DNA of 64,000 nucleotides from Gordonia sp. (in: high G+C Gram-positive bacteria) (GTDB lineage Bacteria > Actinomycetota > Actinomycetes > Mycobacteriales > Mycobacteriaceae). Below, piece by piece: positions 23,946-33,876 of this stretch (position 1 is its first letter; the number at the start of each line of letters is the position of its first letter). The notes under the pieces are model-generated. The model worked only from the letters and a program-made list of their open reading frames with translations, did not search any database and was not told the DNA's origin. Location: contig NZ_JASGKZ010000002.1 in assembly GCF_047600385.1 (NCBI RefSeq), positions 84,217-148,216 of the forward strand. Direction: 5' to 3'. The position numbers were made by a program, and so were the translations under genes.

Positions 23946-24556
23946 GACAACGAAGAAATCGTGAGATCGGTGGCACGGCAACCCGGCGACACCGCATCCG
24001 GCGATCGTTCAAGAGACTGTCACGCAGGAGAGTCTCACGAGACCTTAAATGTCATCCGCGTGTAAACAGGACCTCACAGAACGGCCCACCGTATGACGCC
24101 CGTCTCACACGGGTTCACCGGACCGAAACACGCAGGTCGGAAGCCGCCTGCCGAGAACGCCGGGCCGATCGCCGAAGCCTCCGAGCGGCCCCTCCGCAGC
24201 GGCCGTCCACCTCTCCCCGTCGGCACGGTCTTCGGTCTCGACGCCGCGTCGTTCCAACCACCGGGTCACGCTCACGACGATTCGATCCCGCCCGCAGCGT
24301 CGTTCATCTCATCGCCTCGTCGATAGGGACTCCTTCGCTTCCGGTGGATCCGGACGTCGCCGACCGCACACGCGCCCCGCGAGCACCCACCCCTCCACCA
24401 TATGACTTGAATCACATCGACGGTAGTCCTCGGAGTGAGATCACGACACCGATCGAATCGGGGCGATACCACGGCTGAACAGGTGCGACCGGGGTTTTAC
24501 TCACGACGGCATGAGTGTTTCCGGGGCCGGACCGGGGTGCTATATCCTCAATGACA

Positions 24557-24670
24557 GGTCATGAGCATCAGCGCCAAGCCCCGGCTCGCTGATCGGCAAC
24601 CCTCCACCGCGGTGGGGTGCTCCGGGTGATGACCTGGTCTTTACCCGAAAAGTATCGACAAGCGCGGGTC
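24557..24670 (+). ncRNA. SAM-IV riboswitch
   Basis: GGTCATGAG...AAGCCCCGGC...GGCAACCCTCC-ACCGCGGTGGGGTGC.CCGGGTGATGACC...CAAGCGCGGGTC closely follows the SAM-IV pattern as I recall it, directly upstream of methionine biosynthesis genes. Confidence 0.92.
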
Positions 24671-24731
24671 CGATGGTCGGACCCTCCCCGGGCGACGGCG
24701 CCCGGCCGACCGAGAGAAAGAGCTGACGTCC

Positions 24732-26033
24732 ATGTCTGACGCCAACGAGTGGAGTTTCGAGACCCTTCAGGTCCATGCCGGCCAGGTGGTCGGCGACACC
24801 AAGGCTCGAGCCCTGCCGATCTACCAGACCACGTCGTACGTCTTCGACGACACCGACCACGCCGCGAACCTGTTCGCGCTGGCCGAACCGGGCAACATCT
24901 ACACCCGGATCATGAATCCGACGCAGGACACCGTCGAGAACCGTCTCGCGGCCCTCGGCGGCGGCGTCGCCGCGCTGCTCGTGTCGTCCGGCCAGGCCGC
25001 GACGACCTACGCGATCCAGAACATCGTCGAGGCCGGCGGCCACGTCGTCTCGAGCCCGCGCATCTACGGCGGCACCTACAACCTCTTCCACTACACCCTG
25101 CCGAAGTTCGGCATCGAGGTGTCGTTCGTGGAGGACCCCGACGACCTCGAGTCGTGGAAGGCCGCCGTCAAGCCGAACACCCGCGCGCTCTTCGGCGAGA
25201 CCATCTCCAATCCGCACAACCAGATCCTCGACGTCGAGGGGGTGGCCGGGGTCGCGCACGACGCCGGGCTGCCGCTGATCGTCGACAACACCGTCGCCAC
25301 CCCGTACCTGTTCAACCCGATCGCCCACGGCGCCGACATCGTCGTGCATTCGGCCACCAAGTACATCGGCGGCCACGGCACCGCGATCGGCGGCGTCATC
25401 ATCGACGGAGGCAACTTCGACTGGCGCGTCCAGCGCGACGGCGAGGACCTGTTCCCCGGCTTCACCCGGCCCGACCACAGCTACGGCGGCGTCGTGATCG
25501 CCGACCTCGGCGCCCCCGCCTACGCGCTCAAGGCCCGCATCCAGCTGCTCCGCGACACCGGTTCGGCGATCTCGCCGTTCAACGCCTTCCTGCTGGCTCA
25601 GGGCATCGAGACCCTGAGCCTGCGCGTGGAGCGCCACGTCGCGAACGCGCAGAAGGTCGCCGAGTTCCTCGAGGCGCATCCGCAGGTCGCCTCCGTCTCG
25701 TACGCCGGTTTGAAGTCGTCTCCGTACTACGAGATCGGCCAGCGTCTCCTGCCCAAGGGCCAGGGTGCGGTGCTCGGTTTCGAGATCGACGGCGGCGTCG
25801 AGGCCGGCAAGAGCTTCGTCAACGCGCTGGAGCTGCACAGCCACGTCGCCAACATCGGCGACGTCCGCTCGCTGGTGATCCACCCGGCGTCGACCACCCA
25901 CAGCCAGCTGTCCCCGGAGGAGCAGCTCGCGGCCGGCGTCACGCCGGGTCTGGTGCGTCTGGCCGTCGGCATCGAGAACATCGACGACATCCTGGCCGAC
26001 CTGGCCAAGGGTTTCGCGGCGGCGAAGGCCTGA
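24732..26033 (+). CDS. metY: O-acetylhomoserine aminocarboxypropyltransferase/cysteine synthase
   Basis: PIYQTTSY, YTRIMNPT, HSATKYIGGHG, NIGDVRSLVIHP. Confidence 0.95.
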   Translation: MSDANEWSFETLQVHAGQVVGDTKARALPIYQTTSYVFDDTDHAANLFALAEPGNIYTRIMNPTQDTVENRLAALGGGVAALLVSSGQAATTYAIQNIVEAGGHVVSSPRIYGGTYNLFHYTLPKFGIEVSFVEDPDDLESWKAAVKPNTRALFGETISNPHNQILDVEGVAGVAHDAGLPLIVDNTVATPYLFNPIAHGADIVVHSATKYIGGHGTAIGGVIIDGGNFDWRVQRDGEDLFPGFTRPDHSYGGVVIADLGAPAYALKARIQLLRDTGSAISPFNAFLLAQGIETLSLRVERHVANAQKVAEFLEAHPQVASVSYAGLKSSPYYEIGQRLLPKGQGAVLGFEIDGGVEAGKSFVNALELHSHVANIGDVRSLVIHPASTTHSQLSPEEQLAAGVTPGLVRLAVGIENIDDILADLAKGFAAAKA

Positions 26034-26071
26034 GGACGCATGATGGATCGTCGTTCGGACGGAGGCGAACC

Positions 26072-27237
26072 GTGTCGTTGAGTTGTGACGCGACCGCCAC
26101 GATCAGCGGCGCCGACTGGACCTCGGGTCCGGACGGCGTCTCGATCGCCGTGCCGATCGGCGATCTGGCTCTCGAAGTCGGGGCGGCGGCTCGAGGACGT
26201 GACGGTCGACTTCCAGCGATGGGGCACCCCCGACGCCGACCGGAGCAACATCGTCCTCGCGCTGCACGCCCTGACCGGGAACTCCCACGTCACCGGCCCG
26301 CCGCAGGGCCGGTTCACGATGGCCGGCTGGTGGGACGGCCTGATCGGCCCCGGCTGCGCCGTCGACACCGACGAGTGGTGCGTCGTGGCGCCGAACGCCG
26401 TCGGGGGCTGCTACGGCTCCACCGGACCGGGTTCCACCGCGCCCGACGGACGGCCGTGGGGCGGCCGGTTCCCCCGACTCACCGTGCGCGACCTCGTCGA
26501 GGCCGAGCGCCGTGCCTTCGAGGCCATCGGTGTGACCCGCTTCGCCGCGGTCGCCGGCGGATCGATGGGCGGTGCACGGGCCCTGGAATGGCTCGTCTCG
26601 CATCCCGACCGGCATCGGTGCGGGACTGGTCCTGGCGGTGGGCGCCCGCGCCTCCGCCGACCAGATCGGCATCCAGTCGACGCAGATCGCGGCCATCACC
26701 GCCGACCCCGACTGGCAGGACGGCGACTACTACGGCACCGATCGCGCACCGATGACCGGCATGGGCATCGCCCGCCGGATCGCTCACCTGAGTTACCGCT
26801 ACGACCGGGAACTGGACGAACGGTTCGAGAACTCCCCGCAGGGCGAGGAGAACCCGTTGGTCGACGGCCGCTACTCGGTGCAGAGCTACCTGGACCACCA
26901 GGCCAAGAAGCTCAGCACCCGCTTCGACCCGGGCAGCTACGTCGCGCTGACGCACGTCCTCAACAGTCACGACGTCGGGCGCGGGCGCGGCGGCGTCACC
27001 GCCGCACTGGGCTCCTGCCGGGTTCCGACCGTCGTCGGCGGCATCGACTCGGACCGGCTGTACCCGCTGTATCAGCAGGACGAGATCGCCACCGGTCTCG
27101 GCGACTGCGTCGGCGGCCTGCAGGTGGTGCACTCCGGCGCCGGCCACGACGGCTTCCTCACCGAGACCGAACCGATCGCCGACCTGCTCGCCACGACGAT
27201 GGACCTGGCCCGCGCGGCGCGCGCAGCGCACTCGTAG
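26072..27237 (+). CDS. metX: Homoserine O-acetyltransferase, with two +1 frameshifts (about 26176 and 26613)
   Basis: [27 protein letters not shown] spread over three reading frames. Confidence 0.88.
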
Positions 27238-27264
27238 GACCGCCGCTCTCCCACCGCGCCCTGA

Positions 27265-27305
27265 GCCGCACGCGAGCGCAGCGAGTCTGCGTGTCGAAGG
27301 GCCGA
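27265..27305. repeat. REP-like intergenic element between convergent genes
   Basis: GCGAGCGCAGCGAG...GTGTCGAAGGGCC resembles short actinobacterial REP-type motifs (from memory, unverified). Confidence 0.4.
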
Positions 27306-27345
27306 CGCGGTGTCGACGTCGACGGAGCCGCGCGCGGCGTGCCGT

Positions 27346-27684
27346 CTACAGCTGGTCGCCGGTCCCCAGCGAGTCGATCGAGATCGCCAACCAGATCACC
27401 AGCGCACCCGTCGACGCCATCCAGGCGATGTCGAAGGGTTTGCTCCGCACCTGAAGCAGGCCGGCGCCGTCGTTCGACAGCATCGCGCGGATGATCGCGC
27501 CGATCACGAACGCACCCCCGAAGATGACGCCGCCGCGACGCCAACGGTCCACGAGGACGAAGACCGCCGCGACCGCGACGATGACGAGCACCACGAGGAA
27601 CGGGAGCTGCCGCACCAGGCGATACTGCATCGCGCGTTGCCGCAGCCGAGCCCGTCGAGTCGTCTCGACCTCGAAGACCGTCAC
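27346..27684 (-). CDS. DUF3017 family membrane protein
   Basis: [22 protein letters not shown]; immediately downstream of folD as in mycobacteria. Confidence 0.85.
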   Translation of the reverse strand: MTVFEVETTRRARLRQRAMQYRLVRQLPFLVVLVIVAVAAVFVLVDRWRRGGVIFGGAFVIGAIIRAMLSNDGAGLLQVRSKPFDIAWMASTGALVIWLAISIDSLGTGDQL

Positions 27685-28549
27685 TTACGCGCCTGCCGCC
27701 GCCAGTTGGCGCTCGGCCCGTTCCACCACGTTGACCAGCAGGAAGGCGCGGGTCAGCGGGCCGACGCCGCCGGGGTTCGGCGACACCGCGCCGGCCACCT
27801 CCCACACGTCCGGGTGCACGTCGCCGGTCAGACCCGCCTCGGTGCGGCTGACGCCGACGTCGATCACGGCGGCGCCGGGCTTCACCATGTCGGCGGTGAT
27901 CGAGATGCGGCACGCCCGCGGCGCCCACGACGATGTCGGCGCGTCGCACCTCGGCGGCCAGATCGCGGGTGCCGGTGTGGCACAGCGTCACGGTGCTGTT
28001 CTCGCTGCGACGGGTCAGCAGGAGTCCGATGGGGCGGCCGATGGTGACACCGCGGCCGACCACCGTCACGTGCGCGCCGTCGAGCGGGACGTCGTACCGG
28101 CGCAGCAGATGGATCACGCCGCGCGGCGTGCACGGCAGCGTCGACTCCTCACCGAGCACCAGCCGGCCGAGGTTGATCGGGTGGAGACCGTCGGCGTCCT
28201 TCTCCGGCGCGATCCGCTCCAGTGCGGCGTTCTCGTCGAGGTGCTTCGGGAGCGGGAGCTGCACGATGTAGCCGGTGCACGCCGGATCGTCGTTGAGCTC
28301 GTCGATCGCCGCGTTCAACTCGTCCTGTGTGATGTCGGCGGGCAGGTCCTTGCGGATCGAGGTGACGCCGATCTTGGCGCAGTCGTTGTGCTTGCCCTTG
28401 ACGTACGAGTGCGATCCGGGGTCGTCGCCCACCAGGATCGTTCCGAGGCCGGGCTCGATGCCCGCCGCGCGCAGTCGGTCGACGCGGACCTTCAGGTCGT
28501 CGAAGATCTCGTCGCGAGTGGTAATACCGTCAAGTCGAATCGCCGTCAC
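27685..28549 (-). CDS. folD: Bifunctional methylenetetrahydrofolate dehydrogenase/cyclohydrolase, +1 frameshift at 27902
   Basis: [34 protein letters not shown] split across two frames. Confidence 0.92.
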
Positions 28550-28598
28550 GGTTCCCCATTCTTCCACTTCCGGAGTGCGATCCCCATCCGGGATGCGT

Positions 28599-29069
28599 TC
28601 AGCCGTTCGGGCACTGATTCGGTTCGCCGTACTTGACCACCGACAGGACCGCATCACCCTCGCCGATCCGGGTGCCCGCCGCCGGTCGCTGCCCCACCAC
28701 GATCCAGTTGCGGTCCCACACCTGCTGTCGCGCCTTGCCGGTGGCGTCCTCGCTGCGGGAGAAGAAGACGCCGCTCTCCTGGACCTTGTTCTGCGCGGCC
28801 TGGAGGTTCATGCACAGCACGTCGGGCATGACGGCCTTCTTCGACGAGCCCTGGCCTGCGGCGTCGTCGCTCGGTGTCGCGGCGGACTCCGGCGGCGCAC
28901 TCGGGTTCTCGACGGTCTCCTGCGAAGGCATCCGCGTCACGGTGCTCGGCGCCGCGGTCACGGTGACCGTCGAGACGGCGTCGTTCGACGACGAGCCGCA
29001 CCCGGACGCGGCCAGCACCGCGACCGCGACGACGACCGGCCCGACCCGGCGCGAGGACCTCGAGGACAT
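28599..29069 (-). CDS. Lipoprotein with C-terminal PASTA-like domain
   Basis: Lipobox LAASGC; [13 protein letters not shown]...[11 protein letters not shown]. Confidence 0.75.
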   Translation of the reverse strand: MSSRSSRRVGPVVVAVAVLAASGCGSSSNDAVSTVTVTAAPSTVTRMPSQETVENPSAPPESAATPSDDAAGQGSSKKAVMPDVLCMNLQAAQNKVQESGVFFSRSEDATGKARQQVWDRNWIVVGQRPAAGTRIGEGDAVLSVVKYGEPNQCPNG

Positions 29070-29179
29070 GCCGACGTTTCTACCAGGCGGGTCCGACGGT
29101 CCCGTCCCGGCTTCCGCGTCCCGCGCCGCCGCCCGCATCCGCCGACGTCCGCCTCGCGCACCGGTGCGAGAATGGGCGC

Positions 29180-29665
29180 GTGTCCGACGCCGCGCCCTTC
29201 TCCTGCCGAATCGTCTACTACCAGCCCTGCATCCCGCCCAACACCGGGAACGCGATCCGGATCGCGGCCAACACCGGCGCGCAACTGCATCTGATCGAGC
29301 CGCTCGGTTTCACGATGACCGACCAGCAGGTACGACGCGCGGGCCTGGACTATCACGAGATGGCGCACGTGACCGTGCACCCGGACCTCGACACCGCGTG
29401 GGAGGTGCTGCGCCCCGAGCGGGTGTTCGCCTTCACCGCGCACGCGACCACGTTCCACACCGAGGTGGAGTACCGTCCCGGCGACGTCCTCCTGTTCGGC
29501 CCCGAACCCACCGGCCTGCCCGACGAGGTGCTGAACGATCCGCACGTCACCGCGCAGTTGCGTATCCCGATGCTCCCCGACCGTCGATCGATGAATCTGG
29601 CCAACGCCACCAGCGTCGCGCTCTACGAGGCGTGGCGCCAGCAGGGTTTCACCGGCGCCGTCTGA
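29180..29665 (+). CDS. trmL: tRNA (cytidine(34)-2'-O)-methyltransferase (SPOUT)
   Basis: PPNTGN, RRAGLDYH, LLFGPEPTGL, RSMNLAN. Confidence 0.92.
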   Translation: MSDAAPFSCRIVYYQPCIPPNTGNAIRIAANTGAQLHLIEPLGFTMTDQQVRRAGLDYHEMAHVTVHPDLDTAWEVLRPERVFAFTAHATTFHTEVEYRPGDVLLFGPEPTGLPDEVLNDPHVTAQLRIPMLPDRRSMNLANATSVALYEAWRQQGFTGAV

Positions 29666-29707
29666 CGCCGCCCAGTACCGTCGGCCGTGGTGAAAGGAGA
29701 TCTGGAC

Positions 29708-30142
29708 ATGGGGCTGTTCCGCAGGAGGCGTGCGACGACCGGGACCGATGAACTCGCCGACGAGATGACCGCCGTCGCGATGCGTTTCGCCGCCGCCTAC
29801 GACGGCGACGGCCTGGACTTCGGTCGGGAGTCGCTGGTCCGGCTCGACGAGATCCTCGACGGGGTCCACCGTTCCGGCGCGCAGTCCGCCGACGACGTGG
29901 CCATGGGGGCCGCCTGTTACGTCTTCGAGGTCGCGCGGCGGGAGTTCGGCGGCCGGTTCCTCGCGTTCGACGAGCAGAATCCGGTCGTGCTCGTCGTCGG
30001 CGAACCGGAGTTCCGGGTCGGACTGTGCGCCATCGGCAAGACCCGCGGCCGGATCACCCTCGGGGCGGAGGACCACATCCCCTTCTTCTACGAGGGCTTC
30101 GTCCAGGCCGTCGCCGCGCGACGAGACGCCACCATCGTCTGA
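29708..30142 (+). CDS. Hypothetical protein
   Basis: AGGAG SD upstream of ATG 29708; globular-looking sequence with no recognised motif. Confidence 0.6.
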   Translation: MGLFRRRRATTGTDELADEMTAVAMRFAAAYDGDGLDFGRESLVRLDEILDGVHRSGAQSADDVAMGAACYVFEVARREFGGRFLAFDEQNPVVLVVGEPEFRVGLCAIGKTRGRITLGAEDHIPFFYEGFVQAVAARRDATIV

Positions 30143-30147
30143 GTCCG

Positions 30148-30381
30148 CTATCCGATCGTGAAGCGCTTCAGCCGCGACGTGGCCCCGCCGACCAGCACCA
30201 CCGACGACTTGGGCACACCGAAATGCCTGGCCAGCAGCAGCGCGACCGCCTTGTTGGCCTTGCCCTCGGTGGCCGGCTCACGCACGTAGACGGTCATGGC
30301 GCCGTCGTCAGCGGTCTCGATCAGCGGCCCCTTCTTGCTGTTGGGCTTCACCTGCACGGCGACCCGGTCGGGAACCTCCAT
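30148..30381 (-). CDS. DUF167/YggU family protein
   Basis: VQVKPNSKK, VREPATEGKAN, GATSRLK. Confidence 0.88.
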   Translation of the reverse strand: MEVPDRVAVQVKPNSKKGPLIETADDGAMTVYVREPATEGKANKAVALLLARHFGVPKSSVVLVGGATSRLKRFTIG

Positions 30382-30416
30382 GTCGTCGAGTATCTCAGGC
30401 CCGGCGGAACCGCCGC

Positions 30417-31679
30417 GTGACCGGACCGGAGTTCCTCGACCCGGTCGGGGTCGTCGAGGACCGCCCGGGTCCGCGACAGCTCGCCCGCGCATCCGCGCTG
30501 TGCGATTCTGGTCGGGTGCAGCGAGACGACACCCCTTACCTGCTGGTCGACGACGACCGGCTGCGCCGCAACATCGAACGGCTCGCCGAGTGGGCCGCCG
30601 ACCACGGCCTGCGGGTGCGCCCGCACGCGAAGACGCACAAGTGCGCACAGGTGGCCGCGCGGCAGCTCGATGCGGGCGCGACCGGTCTGACCGTCGCGAC
30701 GATCGGTGAGGCGGAGGCCTTCGCCGACGCCGGGTTCACCGATCTGTTCATCGCCTATCCGCTGTGGCCGTCCGAGTCCAAGGCCACCCGGTTGCGCGCC
30801 CTGGCCGACCGCGCCGCGCTCCGTGTCGGCATCGACTCCGTCGCGGGCGCGCGGCAGCTGGCCGCCAGGCTCCGCGGGGCACCCGTCGACGTCGTGGTGG
30901 AGGTCGATTCGGGGATGCGCCGCACCGGCGTCGTCCCGGAGGAGGCCGGTGCGGTCGCCGCCGCGGCTCGCGATGCCGGGCTCTCGGTGATCGGCGTGTT
31001 CACCTTCCCCGGCCACGGATACGGCCCCGGATCGGCCCGCGTCGACGCCGCCCGCCAAGAGCTGCAGGCCCTCGCCGCGGCCGCGGAATCACTGCGCCGA
31101 GCCGGGATCGAACCGCGGGTGGTCAGCGGAGGTTCGACGCCGACGGTGGCCTTCGCCGACGGCGGTGTGCTCACCGAGGTCCGGCCCGGCGTGTACCCGT
31201 TCAACGACGCCCAGCAGCTCGAACTCGGCTCGTGCGACGCCGACCGGATCGCGCTGGTCGCGATGGCCACCGTCGTCAGCGTCGAACGCCCGCCCACCGA
31301 CCCCGATTCGCCGATCACCGAGCCCGGTTCACCGCTCCCCGACCCGAGTTCGCCGACACCTGAACCCGGTTCGCCGATCCCTGAGCCCCGTCGAAGGGTC
31401 GTCCTCGACGCCGGCAGCAAGATCCTGGGCGCCGACCGCCCGGGGTGGGCCTCCGGTTTCGGCAGGCTCCTGGACCATCCGGAGGCGCGGATCGTCTCGC
31501 TGTCCGAGCACCACGCCGTGGTCGAGTTCCCCGGCTCGGGGATCCCCGAACTCGGTGCGCTGGTGCGCGTGGTCCCGAACCACGTCTGCACCGCGGTGAA
31601 CCTGGCCGACGAGCTGATCGCGGAGACCGCGCACGGCCTCGAGCGCTGGCCGGTCATCGCCCGCGGCGCCAACCGCTGA
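30417..31679 (+). CDS. DSD1/D-threonine aldolase family PLP enzyme (alanine racemase fold)
   Basis: TPYLLVD, RPHAKTHK, GGSTPT, EVRPGVY, LSEHH, PNHVC. Confidence 0.88.
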   Translation: MTGPEFLDPVGVVEDRPGPRQLARASALCDSGRVQRDDTPYLLVDDDRLRRNIERLAEWAADHGLRVRPHAKTHKCAQVAARQLDAGATGLTVATIGEAEAFADAGFTDLFIAYPLWPSESKATRLRALADRAALRVGIDSVAGARQLAARLRGAPVDVVVEVDSGMRRTGVVPEEAGAVAAAARDAGLSVIGVFTFPGHGYGPGSARVDAARQELQALAAAAESLRRAGIEPRVVSGGSTPTVAFADGGVLTEVRPGVYPFNDAQQLELGSCDADRIALVAMATVVSVERPPTDPDSPITEPGSPLPDPSSPTPEPGSPIPEPRRRVVLDAGSKILGADRPGWASGFGRLLDHPEARIVSLSEHHAVVEFPGSGIPELGALVRVVPNHVCTAVNLADELIAETAHGLERWPVIARGANR

Positions 31680-31712
31680 GCCGCACTCTCTCGACCCGGA
31701 TCGCCTCGCCTC

Positions 31713-32618
31713 TCATTCGGCGAGCGTGATCCCGCACAGCGGCGTCCGGAGATCGGCGATGACCCGGGTCCGTCCCGGCCGACCGGACTCCGGCAACGCC
31801 ACCTCCACGATCGTGCCGCCGAGGTCGGAGACGTACACGACTCCGGCGTCCTCGTCGACGGCCAGCCCGATGGCCTCGGTGAATCCGCCCGCCAGGATCT
31901 CCGGTTCCTCACCCCTCTGCCCGACGGCGGGGATCCGCGCCCGGTTCAACGTGTTGCCGCCGGATTCGGCGGCGCCGCGGTCGGTCCAGTAGAGCGTGCC
32001 GCCGACGAGTTCCAGATCGATCGGTTCGGGCAGCCCGTCCCACAGCGTCTCGACGTCGGACCGGTTCTCCGGCCGCTCGCCCGCGGGCACATCGATTCCG
32101 GCGCGGAAGATACGACCGCGACCGCCGTCCGACGGCCCCTTCTGCGTCCAGTACAGGTGTCCGCGTTCCCGATCCACGGCGACGCCGACACAGGAGTCCG
32201 ACACCGGATCGGTGCCCGGATTCACGATCAGATCCTCCTGCCCGCTCCCGTCCAACCGGACCCTGGAGACCCGGTACCCCTCGCGATCACCCCAGTACAG
32301 GGTGTCCTCTCCGTCGAAGACGAGCTGCTTGCCCGTGGTCACCGTGCCGGGCGGAACGAGAGCACGGCGGCCGGAACCGTCCCGGCGCGCGGTGTGCACA
32401 CCGCCGTTCTTCGCGCTGTAATCGTCGCCGCGTCGTCCGGGACGAGCCGGATCCGGGGACGGCTCCCCCATCGTCGTCCAGTACAGGCGATCGCCGTGTA
32501 CGACGATGCCGTCCGGCGCCGGGCCGGTGTCGTCGAGCACCGTGTCGACCGCTCCGTCGGCGAGATCGACCGCGTGGACCCGGTCCTTGAACAGCGCGAG
32601 CGCATACAGCTTGGTCAC
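31713..32618 (-). CDS. YWTD/LDL-receptor class B-like beta-propeller protein
   Basis: Repeated LYWT/LYWGDRE/LYWTQ/LYWTD motifs with PDGI/EPIDL spacers. Confidence 0.75.
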   Translation of the reverse strand: MTKLYALALFKDRVHAVDLADGAVDTVLDDTGPAPDGIVVHGDRLYWTTMGEPSPDPARPGRRGDDYSAKNGGVHTARRDGSGRRALVPPGTVTTGKQLVFDGEDTLYWGDREGYRVSRVRLDGSGQEDLIVNPGTDPVSDSCVGVAVDRERGHLYWTQKGPSDGGRGRIFRAGIDVPAGERPENRSDVETLWDGLPEPIDLELVGGTLYWTDRGAAESGGNTLNRARIPAVGQRGEEPEILAGGFTEAIGLAVDEDAGVVYVSDLGGTIVEVALPESGRPGRTRVIADLRTPLCGITLAE

Positions 32619-32622
32619 CCGC

Positions 32623-33159
32623 TCATTCGTACACTCCTTCCACGCGCCAACCCGCACCCCGGTGACACAGCAGCAGTGCCCGCCGCTCCCCGGATCCGGG
32701 CGGCGGATCGAGCAGCACCTGAGCCCGGGCCGACACCGACACCGGGCGCGGAGACGCGACACCCGCCCCGGTGCCGCCGGTACCGTGCACCCCGACACCG
32801 GACCTCCCCGCACCGGGTCTGCCAGAACCGACCCCGCCCGCACCCGGACACCCCGCATTCGGACGCCCCGCACTCGGACACCCCGAGCCCGGCCGCCCGG
32901 AACCCGCATGGACACCGCCGGACCGAGCGGGCGCGTCGTCCGGACCGAACGGCCAGGGGCCGGCCCACCAGCTGATCGAGTACACGATGCCGTCGAGCCG
33001 GATCTCGACCGGTTCCGCGCTGAACGCTCCGCGCGGAGTCACCGAGACGCTCTCCCCGTCGGCGGCGAAGAGTTCGGCGACACCGCCTGAGGGCGATGCG
33101 GGCGACGGTCGGACCGGCGTCTCCGTGGTGCCGACGTCCTTCTCGTCCTGATCTGACAT
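32623..33159 (-). pseudogene. imuB: ImuB C-terminal-domain-only ORF (remnant of Y-family mutasome subunit) with a Gly-rich insertion
   Basis: VSVTPRGAFSAEP...WWAGPWP...ARAQVLL...ALLLCHRGAGWRVEGVYE resembles the actinobacterial ImuB C-terminus; polymerase-like domain absent; GAGGGG SD. Confidence 0.7.
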
Positions 33160-33231
33160 GCGCTTCCCCTCGCTGACGGCTCGTCGTATCGGTCGGATCG
33201 ACTCGTTCGGCGGTGCAGAAGACACCGTCGT

Positions 33232-33247
33232 TCGAATCTCTGTTCGA
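33232..33247. promoter_or_regulatory. LexA (SOS) box
   Basis: TCGAATCTCTGTTCGA, one mismatch to the actinobacterial consensus TCGAAC-N4-GTTCGA, about 75 bp upstream of the imuB remnant. Confidence 0.75.
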
Positions 33248-33308
33248 GAGGGTAGTCGTGCCCTCCGACAACCTCCGCCGACGACGACTCAGTAGTAGAT
33301 TTCAGCGG

Positions 33309-33866
33309 GTGAAGCAACGGATCTTCGCCGCGGCGATCGCGGCCCTGTCGATCATCGCCATCGCGCTCACCTCGATGGCCTGGGCCGGCACCGGCAGTCT
33401 CGGCCCCGACGCCGTCACCACCTGGAACGGCCTCGGCATGCGCAGCGGAAACGCCACCCTCGACGGATTCGCCGACTCCACGGACACGAACTCCGTTGCG
33501 CCTCTGGGGATCTGGGTAGTGGTGGCCTGCGTCGTCGCCCTGCTGGCCGCCGGTGCCATGGCGACACGGATGCTGAGCGGTGTCGCCCTGACTCTGCGCT
33601 GGGTCGCCGGGGTGTTCGCCCTGGTGGCCGCGGTGGTGCCGATCATCGTCCTGATCCGCCCGATCACCTATCTGACCATGTTCGACTACCTGTCCGACGA
33701 CGATGCCGCACGGTACAGCGACCTGCTGCGCGAACACGTCCTGCAGAAGCCGACCCTGATCGCGCTCACCGCGGTGCTCGTGCTGGCGTCCGGAGCCTGC
33801 TTCGCCGCCGCGCTCACCGCACCGCGACGCGCCTCGACGTATCCGCCCGAACCGGTCACCACGTAA
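33309..33866 (+). CDS. Membrane protein (WNGLG motif)
   Basis: Four hydrophobic segments; paralogous to the next gene. Confidence 0.65.
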   Translation: MKQRIFAAAIAALSIIAIALTSMAWAGTGSLGPDAVTTWNGLGMRSGNATLDGFADSTDTNSVAPLGIWVVVACVVALLAAGAMATRMLSGVALTLRWVAGVFALVAAVVPIIVLIRPITYLTMFDYLSDDDAARYSDLLREHVLQKPTLIALTAVLVLASGACFAAALTAPRRASTYPPEPVTT

Positions 33867-33876
33867 GTTCGAGCGC

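Noticed and set aside
24093-24472. Short ORFs 24093-24326 (+) and 24272-24472 (-)
   Set aside because: No motifs, poor codon pattern, no clear SD.
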